64,000 nucleotides of DNA, from the NCBI RefSeq assembly GCF_044324785.1, contig NZ_CP172127.1; one strand, written 5' to 3'. Within the stretch, counting starts at the first letter, position 1. Every line of letters begins with the position of its first letter. This document shows, one piece after another, positions 22,833 through 33,848 of the stretch. The DNA is from Escherichia coli. GTDB lineage: Bacteria; Pseudomonadota; Gammaproteobacteria; Enterobacterales; Enterobacteriaceae. Below the pieces are notes generated by a model. The model made no database searches and was not told where the DNA came from. It saw only the letters and a program-made list of their open reading frames with translations. Position numbers and translations under genes: made by a program.

Positions 22833-23624
22833 ATGATGAAAAATACAGGCTATATCTTAGCTCTTTGTCTGACAGCATCGGGGCATGTCCTGGCCCATGA
22901 TGTCTGGATTACCGGCAAACAGGCAGAGAACAACGTTATCGCAGAGATTGGTTATGGTCATAATTTCCCCTCAAAGGGCACGATTCCTGACAGAAGGGAT
23001 TTCTTTGAAACTCCCCGGCTTTATAACGGGAAAGAGACAATAACGCTGAAGCCAACATCCACGGATTATGTCTATAAAATTGAGTCTGCAGGCAACGGTA
23101 ATAGCTACGTTCTGTCAACGAAAATGAAACCGGGATACTGGTCGAGAACCTCGTCAGGATGGAAGCCTGTCAGCCGGGAGGGCAGAAATGATGTGGCATA
23201 CTGTGAGTTTGTGACTAAATATGCAAAATCTTTTATTCCTGGTGAACAGCAGATGCCAGCACAACTCTATCAGTATCCAATAGGGGATGAGCTTGAAATC
23301 ATTCCGTTATCCGATATCAGTCGTTTCGGTGAAGATGTGAAGCTGAAAGTTCTGTATAAAACTTCCCCGCTTGCCGGAGCCACTCTGGAGCTTGACTCTG
23401 TCAGTTATCTGAAATCATCCCGCCATACTCATGCGGCAGAGCATAAACATTCGGCTCATAAAGCAGAACTTACCTTTGTAAGTAATGAGGACGGTATCAT
23501 CACTGTACCCTCCCTTCATGTCGGGCAATGGCTAGCTAAAGTCAAAAATAAGAAAGTATTTCAGGACAAAAACCTGTGTGATGAAACTGTCGATGTGGCA
23601 ACCTTAAGCTTCTCCCGAAATTAA
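22833..23624 (+). CDS. Periplasmic DUF4198-like protein co-transcribed with the TonB-dependent receptor
   Basis: 263 aa; signal peptide then HDVWI start of the mature protein, as in DUF4198 proteins; 18 bp after the receptor gene. Confidence 0.5.
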   Translation: MMKNTGYILALCLTASGHVLAHDVWITGKQAENNVIAEIGYGHNFPSKGTIPDRRDFFETPRLYNGKETITLKPTSTDYVYKIESAGNGNSYVLSTKMKPGYWSRTSSGWKPVSREGRNDVAYCEFVTKYAKSFIPGEQQMPAQLYQYPIGDELEIIPLSDISRFGEDVKLKVLYKTSPLAGATLELDSVSYLKSSRHTHAAEHKHSAHKAELTFVSNEDGIITVPSLHVGQWLAKVKNKKVFQDKNLCDETVDVATLSFSRN

Positions 23625-24038
23625 TAATACTATTCCTGCCCTGTAATTTACGGGCAGGGTATATCAACCGGAAATAGCCTACTGACATCCATGTATAAAG
23701 CCACATAATTATTTTGTTGATGTATCTTACCTAATACGTAAGCGTAAAGCCAATGCCGTCTGTAACTCCTGATCCTTGCAGACTAAATGTAAGCGCTCCT
23801 TCTGTGCCGTCTTGTGGTGGTTGTCCTGTCTGGCAACAATCGCGTCCATCTATTGATGGACACGAATGATGAATTCTCAGACAACAAAAGATATCACCGG
23901 CTTTCGCTCTTATTTTCCAGATGTATTGCGACTAATATTCGAAGAGCAATTATCTGTTCGGGCTATCGCACTGGAGCAGTTAGGCCTCAGTCATTCCACC
24001 GTTCATAATATCTTTCAACGGTTTAATGCCTCTGGCAT

Positions 24039-24111
24039 GTAAGCGTAAACCGACCGTTGTATTGACGCTTATTTATAGGGGAGAACTACGTTCCATGGCA
24101 GGAGTTCGTCA
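24039..24111 (-). mobile_element. IS66-family terminal fragment (duplicate of the 24994-25066 tip)
   Basis: GTAAGCGTAAACCGACCG... plus about 55 bp identical or near-identical to the end of the IS66 copy at 24994. Confidence 0.55.
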
Positions 24112-24182
24112 GTAAGCGTACAGCCTGAACCGTCTGGTCAGAATCTGACGCATTAGACAAAGTGGTGTCCACAAAATAAGTA

Positions 24183-24584
24183 GTGGGAACCAAAGTGTCA
24201 GATATGCAGAAAAATGTGACTCCCGGCAGGCGAAAAGGCTGCCCTAATTATCCTCCCGAATTTAAACAGCTGCTCGTTGCTGCCTCCTGTGAACCCGGGA
24301 TATCCATCTCAAAACTTGCTCTTGAAAATGGCATTAACGCCAATCTGTTGTTCAAATGGCGACAACAATGGCGCGAGGGAAAGCTGCTATTACCTTCTTC
24401 AGAGAGCCCCCAGCTACTTCCTGTGACTCTCGATGCAGCTGCCGAACAGCCAGAATCGCTCGCAGAGGACCCGGAAACCCTCAGTATCAGCTGTGAGGTA
24501 ACGTTCCGGCACGGGACGCTCCGCTTCAATGGCAATGTCAGCGAAAAGCTCCTGACTCTGCTGATACAGGAACTGAAACGATGA
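24183..24584 (+). CDS. tnpA: IS66-family accessory protein TnpA (orfA)
   Basis: 133 aa; ...ISKLALENGINANLLFKWRQQW motif; preceded by IS66 IR GTAAGCGTACAGCC at 24112. Confidence 0.8.
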   Translation: MGTKVSDMQKNVTPGRRKGCPNYPPEFKQLLVAASCEPGISISKLALENGINANLLFKWRQQWREGKLLLPSSESPQLLPVTLDAAAEQPESLAEDPETLSISCEVTFRHGTLRFNGNVSEKLLTLLIQELKR

Positions 24585-24928
24585 TCCCGTTACCTTCCGG
24601 GACCAAAATTTGGCTGGTTGCCGGTATCACCGATATGAGAAATGGCTTCAACGGCCTGGCTGCGAAAGTACAGACGGCGCTGAAAGACGATCCCATATCC
24701 GGCCATGTTTTCATTTTCCGGGGCCGCAGCGGCAGTCAGGTTAAACTGCTGTGGTCCACCGGTGACGGGCTGTGCCTCCTGACCAAGCGGCTGGAGCGTG
24801 GGCGCTTCGCCTGGCCGTCAGCCCGTGATGGCAAAGTGTTCCTTACGCAGGCGCAGCTGGCGATGCTGCTGGAAGGTATCGACTGGCGACAGCCTAAGCG
24901 GCTGCTGACCTCCCTGACCATGCTGTAA
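24581..24928 (+). CDS. tnpB: IS66-family TnpB (orfB)
   Basis: 115 aa; MIPLPSGTKIWLVAGITDMRNGFNGLAAKV typical of IS66 orfB; the transposase orfC is missing. Confidence 0.8.
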   Translation: MIPLPSGTKIWLVAGITDMRNGFNGLAAKVQTALKDDPISGHVFIFRGRSGSQVKLLWSTGDGLCLLTKRLERGRFAWPSARDGKVFLTQAQLAMLLEGIDWRQPKRLLTSLTML

Positions 24929-25023
24929 ATCTCTTTATCCTGGTTGTCACAGAATAAGCCCGGTAAAATACGGGCTTATGAACGACATCTCTTGTAAGCG
25001 TCAACGGAGCACCGTATTGACGC

Positions 25024-26616
25024 TTATTTATTGGTGAGTACTACGTTCCATGGCAGGAGTTCGTCAACACAGTTGGAGGGCCATTCCGGCAGTACGCTCA
25101 GAATATGGCGCAGATACGCTTCCGGATCGATACCGTTCAGACGGCAGGTGCCGATCAGCCCGTACAGCAGTGCTCCACGCTCGCCGCCGTGATCGCTACC
25201 GAAGAACACGTAATTTTTCTTTCCGAGACAGACTGCACGAAGCGCTCTTTCCGCTGTGTTATTGTCCGCTTCTGCCAAACCATCATCACTGTAATAACAG
25301 AGGGCGTCCCACTGATTCAGTACATAGCTGAACGCTTCGCCCAGTCTGGATTTTTTCGACAGCGTGCCATTCTTCTCCACCATCCATTCATGCAGCGACG
25401 TCAGTAACGCTTTGCTTCGCTGCTGCCTGGCTGCAAGACGCTCTGACTCTGGTAATCCCCGTATTTCATCCTCGATGGCGTACAGTTCACTGATTCACTT
25501 CAGGGCTTCTTCTGCCGTCGCACTTTTGCTGCTGATGTATACATCGTGGATTTTTCGCCGGGCATGGGCCCAGCACGCAACTTCTGTCAGTGCACCACCT
25601 TCACGTTCTGCACTGAACAACCTGTCGTAACCTGTGAACGCATCCGCCTGCAGGATACCCCGGAAGGGGCGAAGGTGTTGCTCCGGGTGTTTCCCCTGCC
25701 GGTTCGGCGAGTACGCGAACCAGACCGCTGGAGGAGATGACGAACCCACATTGCGATCATCCCGGACATACGTCCAGATACGCCCTGTTTTCGCCTTTTT
25801 CTGACCCGGTGCCAGTACCTTTACCGGTGTGTCATCAGTGTGAACCTTGCGGGTGTTCATTACATAACGGTACAGGGCATCATTCACCGGTGTCATTAAC
25901 TGGCAGCACGCGTCAACCCAGTTGGAGAGTAAGGCCCGGCTCAGTTCGACACCCTGGCGGGCAAAGATTTCACTCTGACGATACAGTGGCAGATGTTCGC
26001 AGTATTTTCCCGTTAACACGCGGGCAAGTAATCCGGGGCCCGCGATACCACGCTCTATCGGGCGGGACGGCGCCGGTGCTTCAACAATACAGTCACATTT
26101 TGTACAGGCTTTTTTTACCCGTTCTGTGCGGATCACTTTCAGGGCACTGCTCACCAGTTCCAGCTGTTCAGCGCTGACTTCCCCCAGATAATCCAGCTCA
26201 CCGCCACACTCCGGGCAACAGCTTTCTTCTGGCTCCAGGCGGTGTATTTCACGGGGAAGGTGTGCCGGTAACGGACGACGATGGCGCGACTGTCGCAACT
26301 GGCGGGGAACCTGAGGATCGTCTTCCCGCCCACTGTAACGATCGCTGTCCTGTTCACGTTGTTTCAGCAGAGCCTCAGCCAGTTCAACTTCACGACGCAG
26401 TTTTTCAGAACGGGTACCGAACAGCATCCGGTGCAGTTTTTCTATCTGAGCCCGCAGATGTTCTATTTCCCGTTCATCTTCTTCGATCTTTTCTTCGGCA
26501 CGTGCCAGTGCAGAGCGCAGGAAGGCCTCCGTCTCTTCAACCAGACTCAGTTGCTGGTCTTTCTGACGGAGCTGGCTTTCCAGTTCTGCAATGCGAATGA
26601 GGTATTTCTGACTCAT
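25024..26616 (-). pseudogene. tnpC: IS66-family transposase orfC, split into two ORFs
   Basis: 373-aa N-terminal and 119-aa C-terminal ORFs in different frames, both with IS66 transposase sequence (coiled-coil N-terminus, CxxC zinc motifs, DDE region). Confidence 0.7.
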
Positions 26617-26646
26617 GGCCGTTTTTATAATGCGGCCAGGCGTTTT

Positions 26647-26997
26647 TTACAACATTGTCAGTGCGTTAAGGCGGAATGTTTTTGGCTGACGCCAGTCCAG
26701 CTTATCGAGGAGCATTGCCAGTTGCGAGCGGGTAATGGATACCTTGCCGTCACGTACCGCAGGCCAGATAAACTGGCCTTCCTCCAGGCGTTTGGTGAAC
26801 AGGCACAGACCATCAGCATCAGCCCAAAGAATTTTGACGGTGTCACCCCGTCGGCCACGGAAGATAAACAGGTGACCGGAGAAGGGATTATCATTCAGCA
26901 CATGTTGTACCTGTTCTCCCAGTCCGTTGAAGGATTTACGCATATCGGTAACGCCGGCAACGAGCCAGATACGGGTACCTGATGGGAGTGAGATCAT
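26647..26997 (-). CDS. tnpB: IS66-family TnpB (orfB)
   Basis: 115 aa; paralog of 24581-24928 (MISLPSGTRIWLVAGVTDMRKSFNGL). Confidence 0.8.
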   Translation of the reverse strand: MISLPSGTRIWLVAGVTDMRKSFNGLGEQVQHVLNDNPFSGHLFIFRGRRGDTVKILWADADGLCLFTKRLEEGQFIWPAVRDGKVSITRSQLAMLLDKLDWRQPKTFRLNALTML

Positions 26998-27419
26998 CTT
27001 CCCCTCCCGGTCAGTTCACGGATCAACACTGTGAGCAGCTCTGGCGATGGATTTTCCAGCGTCATGTTACCGTGACGGAATTCCACCTTGCAGGAACTGG
27101 CACTGACTCTGGTCTGAGTGGAAGTGGATAAAGACGGCGCAATGGCCGCCACAGGTTCTTTCTGCTCATCCGGCGTTATTTCTACAGGTAATAATTCAAC
27201 GCCAGTGTCAGAAGAGGTCGTTACCGGAAGACGCCGCGAAACACGCCCTTCGTTCTGCCAGAGCCTGAGCCATTTGAAAATAACATTATCATTGACGCCA
27301 TTTTCACGTGCAATCTGTGCAACACAAGCTCCAGGTTGTGATGCCAGTTCCACCATACGAAGTTTGAATTCATTCGAATAGTTTTTACGAGGTTCTTTTC
27401 GCCAGTCCTGTAATTCCAT
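26994..27419 (-). CDS. tnpA: IS66-family TnpA (orfA)
   Basis: 141 aa; ...FKLRMVELASQPGACVAQIARENGVNDNVIFKWLRLWQNEGR. Confidence 0.8.
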   Translation of the reverse strand: MELQDWRKEPRKNYSNEFKLRMVELASQPGACVAQIARENGVNDNVIFKWLRLWQNEGRVSRRLPVTTSSDTGVELLPVEITPDEQKEPVAAIAPSLSTSTQTRVSASSCKVEFRHGNMTLENPSPELLTVLIRELTGRGR

Positions 27420-27504
27420 ACTTAGATGTCCGTCTATATCAGATGGGCGTCTAAGTTACCAATTCTCGTCTGATGGCTACATACGGCGGTCAGTTTACGC
27501 TTAC

Positions 27505-28740
27505 CTTTATCCCGACAGACGACGTATATTTACCAGTAAGGCCAACCCGGTTGCGCCCTTTGAACCAGAAGTCAAACGTCAGGCTGTCATGGCACTCTGT
27601 ACACGACAAGTATCAGCCAGTGAAATCGCCAGGCGTATTGGTGTCAGTCGTGCGGTATTGTATAAATGGAAAGATAAAATTATCGGCAACAGTGCTTACC
27701 AGACTATGCGTAAACATAACGAACCTTCCCTGGAGGCAGAACGCGATGCGTTGCGGGAGGAAGTCGCCCGACTGAATCAGGAAATACGCCGCCGGCAGAT
27801 GGAGCTGGATATTCTGAAAAAGGCGGAGGAAATCATAAAAAAAGACCCGGGCATCAGTATCAGTCACCTGAACAACAGAGAGAAAACGAAGATCGCTGAT
27901 GCCCTGAGACAAACATATCCCCTGACAGAATTACTGCATGTTCTGGGCCTTGCCCGTAGCAGTTATTTTTATCACCGGGCTGCACTGAAAGCCGGTGATA
28001 AATACGCCACGATACGTACGATGCTGACAGATATATTTAACAGTAATTACCAGTGTTATGGCTATCGTCGCCTGCATGCGATGCTCAGGCATGAGGGGGG
28101 GCGGCTATCAGAAAAGGTTGTACGCAGACTTATGGTGGAAGAACAGCTTGTCGTCAGCCGTAACCGTCGTCGCCGCTACAGCTCATATTGCGGAGAAATC
28201 GGACCGGCTCCGGATAACCTTATCGCCAGAGATTTTAAGGCGGAGCAACCTAATCAGAAATGGCTGACAGATATCACGGAGTTCCACCTCCCTGCAGGTA
28301 AAGTCTGGCTATCATCGGTGGTGGACTGCTTCGATGGAAAAGTTGTGAGCTGGTCTCTCAGTACACGCCCCGATGCTGAACTGGTCAACACTATGCTGGA
28401 TAGCGCTGTCGAAACGTTAAATGCTGGCGAACGACCGGTGATACACAGTGACAGAGGTGGGCATTATCGCTGGTCAGGCTGGCTGGAAAGAGTGAATGCA
28501 GAAGGTCTTATTCGCTCAATGTCCCGCAAAGGATGTTCACCTGATAATGCGGCATGCGAAGGCTTTTTCGGCAGACTGAAAACGGAAATGTATCATGGGC
28601 GTAAATGGTCGGGCATCACGCCAGAAAAGTTCATGCAGCAAGTGGATACTTACATCAGATGGTATAACGAGCGGCGTATAAAATTATCGCCGGGTGCAGT
28701 CAGCCCCAAAATGTACCGCCAACAATGCGGGCTGGAATGA
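27505..28740 (+). mobile_element. IS3-family transposase gene, 5'-truncated by the IS66 insertion
   Basis: Reading frame opens right at the IS66 end without the usual N-terminal HTH start; contains a DDE integrase core (WLTDITEF, HSDRGGHYRW, CSPDNAACEGFFGRLKTE); longest Met-initiated ORF 27589-28740. Confidence 0.7.
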
Positions 28741-29047
28741 TAAAGCAGTCCAGGAAATCGTCCGCATCCCCAGAACGGTCAAACATCGTGGCGTTGACAA
28801 CGGGTTCCTGAGTCCGGTGAAGCGCCGGTTACTGGAAAATGTTGTGTACGTCATAACAGAAACGGAGAGAAAAACGGCGATGCAAATCAGGCGGAGAAGG
28901 GTGTATCAGCGGTTACTGAAGGTTGACCCGCTGAAGTGCATCCTGTGCGGAGGTCAGATGCGGTTTACGGGGCTGAAGCGGGGCTACCGTCTGGCAGAGC
29001 TGGTCATGATGCATGAGCCACTGGCACGACAGCGGGTATACAGCTGA
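28694..29047 (+). other. Possible transposase C-terminal fragment (CxxC zinc motif), family uncertain
   Basis: 117-aa ORF ...CILCGGQMRF... lying among IS debris; no confident family assignment. Confidence 0.25.
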
Positions 29048-29631
29048 GAGCCGCAGAGGGGAAGTTGCGTCCATTTTTTGAGGAATGGAGCAAAAAATCA
29101 TCACAGATATAAAAAATCAATCAATGAAAGCCATTTAATTGCCGGTGCATTGTGGATGCAGTCCTCATGGTACGTAACCAGAGTTGAATAAACATCCATT
29201 TTTTTGTGTTTTTTTAACCTCCCCGGGTTTTTAATTCCTGTCGATTAAAAGTGTTAGATTATTTGGTTAAGAGTTCTCTCGTCCTATTTATTCAGGCGTT
29301 ATCACGGATATGCAGATCGCTAAGTCAGTTGTAAGAAAACCAGACAGTGCACATCATTATACCTAGGTCTTCTCTGGAAAAATACTTAGGAATAATTTAT
29401 GTAAAACAGGTTGTCGTCTTCATGATTTAAACGCAGTACATATATATACTCTATAATAAATACAGGGAGTATCACGAGACGTCTGGATAAGAGGAATAAC
29501 CAGAATAAATTGGTAAGGAATAAAGACACTTATTTCTATTGAGAAAAAACATTCATCCTGATGTGATTAGTATCAATGAAATAATGTGCTTGTATGGTTG
29601 ATAAAAAATGCATCACTAAAGAAAAAACAGT

Positions 29632-32600
29632 ATGAATAAGAATATACGAATTTTACAATTTCTGGTCAGTATACTTTATTCTGTGCAGTCTCATTTTTCT
29701 GGTGCGCAAACAATACAACTGAATGGTAATGGTATACCTGAAAGTATAACCAGGAGTATTACAGGTGTTGATGGAAACGCGGCGCTTAATATCAGCGTGC
29801 CGTATAAAACAAGTTATACTCAAAATATACTATCTGTTGAAAGCAGTATTAACATCAAAGGAGGAACAAGCAATACATCAATCGGTGGTGCAGGTGTCTA
29901 CGGTGAAAACTTTACGCTAAATAATAATGGTAGTGTTTGGGGAGGAGATGGATATAATGGTGGAATTGCTGTTAGTGGCAACAAAATATCTATAAACAAT
30001 TACAGAAATGTATATGGGGGTAATGGTCTTGGTGGCTCAGGAAGTAGCGGAGGTGCAGGGTTAAGCGGGGATGATATTATAGTTGATAATTACAGAAGTA
30101 TATACGGAGGTGATGATGTAGGTGGGACAGGTGGTTCCGGTGTAACCGGTAGCAATATTACAGTGCATAATTCCGGAGGAATATTGGGCGGTAATGGCGT
30201 AAACGGTGGTGATGGTATTAATGGTAGTAATCTTTTCATTACTAACGACAACATGATATCTGGAGGATATGGAATAAAACAAGGGGGAGATGCTATTTCT
30301 GGAAATCAAATCACTTTGAATAATAACGGTATTGTTCAGGGGGGATATGGCCCCGACGGTGGTTGCTCTGTTTATGGAGAAGATATCCATATTAATAATC
30401 ATGGTAATCTTTCAGGATTATATAATAGCCAAAAAGATGCTTATAATACATCAATAATTTTTTCTGGCGGGTATAATTCATTAGATATTTATTCAGATTC
30501 TGTGATTAATGGTGATATTAAACTAGCTAGTATACCTGTTAATGGTACAAATGAATTAATTATTAAAAACATCAATAACGCAACAGCAATTAATGGTGGG
30601 CTAATGATTGGGAATGGCTCATCTGTTTATCTGTCAGGCAAGAACTCCATTTTTAACGGAAATATAAGTATTGATGAAGACGCATCTATGAACCTGTCTG
30701 TAGGAAATGCTAATGTTCACGCAAATACTATTACATTAAAAAGTGATTCATGGCTTAATATAGACACATCAATTAAGAACTGGACTCAGGACTATTACAC
30801 ATTATTGTCGTCAGACACAGGTATCTCGATCGCTGATAATAGTCACATTGTACAATACAATGTATTACTGACAGAAGGTGCTGAAAGTTATGTTTATACG
30901 TCTTTAAATGACGACGATAACAAACTGATATCCATGCTGAGATGGAATAATACAAAAGGGATGGGATATGGAACCTTTAATATAGAAAAAGATGCCACTC
31001 TGAACATAGGCGTTTCTCTTTCCGATAATCTTTCACCTTTATTATATGATGGCTGGGACGGCAAAAGTCTGACAAAATCAGGTAATGGTACTCTTATACT
31101 TTCTGCAACAAACAATTATACAGGAAATACAGAGGTTAAATCTGGCGTATTAATTCTTGCTGCACCTGATGCTCTTGGTCGGACTGAGTATTTATATTTA
31201 TCCCGTGGCGCAGAACTGGATATGAATGGGTATCCTCAGACAATAAGCAAACTACTGACGGCTGCAGGCTCTGTGCTGAACATTCATGGCGGAAGTCTGA
31301 TACTGAATAATGGAGGAGAATCTGCAGGTACTATTGCAGGGGATGGTTCTCTGAACATAAATGGGGGAATGCTTGATATAACGGGTAATAATCGTAATTT
31401 TTCCGGTGTTTTTACCGTGAATAAGGGGGCTCATTTGGCTGTATCCACGGCTGATAATCTGGGGACAGCCTTTGTTGATAACTATGGCACATTAACTCTG
31501 AACAGTACATCAGCATGGCAGCTTACCAACAATATCAGTGGTTATGGTAATGTTCGCAAGACGGGAGCAGGTGCACTGAACATTAGCGATAACGCAAAAT
31601 GGACCGGGATGACAGATATTATTCAGGGGACAGTGATACTGGGGAACGCAGATTCACCGGTGATGCTCGGCAGTAACCAGGTCATTGTTGAAGAGCAGGG
31701 CAAACTCTCCGGGTTTGGGGGCGTTGCAGGAAATCTGAGCAATAGTGGTATAGTCGATCTCACTACATATATGCCGGGTAATATACTGACTGTCGGAGGG
31801 AATTACACTGGCAGAAATGGACTTATTCTCCTCCAGACAGAAACAGGTGGTGACAATTCGAAAACAGATCGTCTGGTGATTAAAGGTAATGCCAGTGGCC
31901 GTACCCGTGTCGCTGTTACTCAGGCCGGTGGTACTGGTGCAGAGACACTTAATGGGATTGAAGTGATTCACGTCAGTGGCAATGCTGATAATGCTGAATT
32001 CATTCAGACGGAACGTATTACAGCCGGAGCTTATGATTACATACTGAAACGTGGTCAGGGGATTAACAGCACTAACTGGTATCTGATTAGCAGAAAAGAC
32101 ATTCCTGTACCACAACCTGAAGCTGTACCGGAAAGCCATGATAATAATTTGCGTCCTGAGGCAGGTAGCTATGTTGCCAGTATTGCTGCTGCAAATAATC
32201 TGTTTGTAACGAATCTGTATGAACGACAGGGACAGGAGTTGTATATCAGCCACATGACAGGAGAAGAAAATGAAGCAGGTATCTGGATGTATAATAAAGG
32301 AAAACATAATCGCTGGCGTGACAACAGTAGTCAGCTGAGAACCCGGGGGAATAGCTACGTTGTGTTAATAGGGGGAGATATAGCTCAGTGGAGCCTGAAT
32401 GGTACCGATCGCTGGCATACAGGTATGATGGCTGGCTATGGTCATAATAATAACAGTACGAATGCCCTGAGCACCGGATACCATTCGGAAGGAAGAATGA
32501 ATGGATACACAGCGGGTCTTTATGCAACATGGTATGCCAATGATGAAACACACAATGGTTCTTATCTTGATAGCTGGCTGCAATACAGCTGGTTTGATAA

Positions 32601-33129
32601 TCATATAAATGGAGAACGGCTGCCTGCTGAGTCATGGAAGTCAAAAGGGTTTACGGTATCTCTGGAAGCAGGATATTCATGGAAGGCTGGAGAGTTTACC
32701 GACAATTACAAGGGAAGTCATGAATGGTATGTTCAGCCGCAGCTTCAGGTTGTCCGGATGAATGTAAAATCAGACAAATATCATGAAAGTAACGGAACCA
32801 GTATTGAAAATACCGGTAACGGAAATATTCTCACCCGCCTGGGAGCAAGAACATGGCTTACCAGCAAAAACGGTAAAAATACGCGGTATGCGGTTCCGTT
32901 CAGACCATTTGTGGAGGCACACTGGTTGCACAATAGTCGTGTTTTCGGCACCAGTATGAATGGTGTAAGTATATACCAGGATGGTGCGCGTGATATCGGA
33001 GAAATAAATGGTGGTGTTGTGGGAATGATAACACCAGAAGTAGCATTCCGGGCTGATGCAGGCATTCAACTTGGAGAACATGGATACCATAATACATCTG
33101 CCATGTTGAGTGTGGAATATCGTTTCTGA
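29632..33129 (+). CDS. Classical (type Va) autotransporter, AIDA-I-like passenger with Gly-rich beta-helix repeats
   Basis: 1165 aa; N-terminal leader, long passenger with repeated GG(x)G(x)G beta-strand repeats, C-terminal beta-barrel translocator ending ...SVEYRF; gene and upstream region visibly AT-rich. Confidence 0.85.
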   Translation: MNKNIRILQFLVSILYSVQSHFSGAQTIQLNGNGIPESITRSITGVDGNAALNISVPYKTSYTQNILSVESSINIKGGTSNTSIGGAGVYGENFTLNNNGSVWGGDGYNGGIAVSGNKISINNYRNVYGGNGLGGSGSSGGAGLSGDDIIVDNYRSIYGGDDVGGTGGSGVTGSNITVHNSGGILGGNGVNGGDGINGSNLFITNDNMISGGYGIKQGGDAISGNQITLNNNGIVQGGYGPDGGCSVYGEDIHINNHGNLSGLYNSQKDAYNTSIIFSGGYNSLDIYSDSVINGDIKLASIPVNGTNELIIKNINNATAINGGLMIGNGSSVYLSGKNSIFNGNISIDEDASMNLSVGNANVHANTITLKSDSWLNIDTSIKNWTQDYYTLLSSDTGISIADNSHIVQYNVLLTEGAESYVYTSLNDDDNKLISMLRWNNTKGMGYGTFNIEKDATLNIGVSLSDNLSPLLYDGWDGKSLTKSGNGTLILSATNNYTGNTEVKSGVLILAAPDALGRTEYLYLSRGAELDMNGYPQTISKLLTAAGSVLNIHGGSLILNNGGESAGTIAGDGSLNINGGMLDITGNNRNFSGVFTVNKGAHLAVSTADNLGTAFVDNYGTLTLNSTSAWQLTNNISGYGNVRKTGAGALNISDNAKWTGMTDIIQGTVILGNADSPVMLGSNQVIVEEQGKLSGFGGVAGNLSNSGIVDLTTYMPGNILTVGGNYTGRNGLILLQTETGGDNSKTDRLVIKGNASGRTRVAVTQAGGTGAETLNGIEVIHVSGNADNAEFIQTERITAGAYDYILKRGQGINSTNWYLISRKDIPVPQPEAVPESHDNNLRPEAGSYVASIAAANNLFVTNLYERQGQELYISHMTGEENEAGIWMYNKGKHNRWRDNSSQLRTRGNSYVVLIGGDIAQWSLNGTDRWHTGMMAGYGHNNNSTNALSTGYHSEGRMNGYTAGLYATWYANDETHNGSYLDSWLQYSWFDNHINGERLPAESWKSKGFTVSLEAGYSWKAGEFTDNYKGSHEWYVQPQLQVVRMNVKSDKYHESNGTSIENTGNGNILTRLGARTWLTSKNGKNTRYAVPFRPFVEAHWLHNSRVFGTSMNGVSIYQDGARDIGEINGGVVGMITPEVAFRADAGIQLGEHGYHNTSAMLSVEYRF

Positions 33130-33150
33130 TGTGTCGGTAATGACTCCAAC

Positions 33151-33654
33151 TTATTGATAGTGTTTTATGTTCAGATAATGCCCGATGACTTTGTCATGCA
33201 GCTCCACCGATTTTGAGAACGACAGCGACTTCCGTCCCAGCCGTGCCAGGTGCTGCCTCAGATTCAGGTTATGCCGCTCAATTCGCTGCGTATATCGCTT
33301 GCTGATTACGTGCAGCTTTCCCTTCAGGCGGGATTCATACAGCGGCCAGCCATCCGTCATCCATATCACCACGTCAAAGGGTGACAGCAGGCTCATAAGA
33401 CGCCCCAGCGTCGCCATAGTGCGTTCACCGAATACGTGCGCAACAACCGTCTTCCGGAGCCTGTCATACGCGTAAAACAGCCAGCGCTGGCGCGATTTAG
33501 CCCCGACATAGCCCCACTGTTCGTCCATTTCCGCGCAGACGATGACGTCACTGCCCGGCTGTATGCGCGAGGTTACCGACTGCGGCCTGAGTTTTTTAAG
33601 TGACGTAAAATCGTGTTGAGGCCAACGCCCATAATGCGGGCTGTTGCCCGGCAT
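33151..33654 (-). CDS. insB: IS1 InsB (made as InsAB by frameshift)
   Basis: 167-aa ORF with IS1 InsB sequence; overlaps insA as in IS1. Confidence 0.85.
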
Positions 33655-33848
33655 CCAACGCCATTCATGGCCATATCAATGATTTTCTGGTGCGTACCGG
33701 GTTGAGAAGCGGTGTAAGTGAACTGCAGTTGCCATGTTTTACGGCAGTGAGAGCAGAGATAGCGCTGATGTCCGGCGGTGCTTTTGCCGTTACGCACCAC
33801 CCCGTCAGTAGCTGAACAGGAGGGACAGCTGATAGAAACAGAAGCCAC
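33573..33848 (-). CDS. insA: IS1 InsA
   Basis: 91 aa [43 protein letters not shown]... Confidence 0.9.

Larger units (their letters stand above)
24994..27504 (-). mobile_element. IS66-family insertion sequence (orfA-orfB-orfC; orfC disrupted)
   Basis: IR GTAAGCG at both ends in inverted orientation; three-ORF IS66 organisation; no flanking target-site duplication seen. Confidence 0.75.

Noticed and set aside
30061-32644. Several minus-strand ORFs (113-217 aa) within the autotransporter gene
   Set aside because: Antisense to a long intact gene in AT-rich DNA; Ile/Asn/Tyr-rich translations typical of spurious frames.
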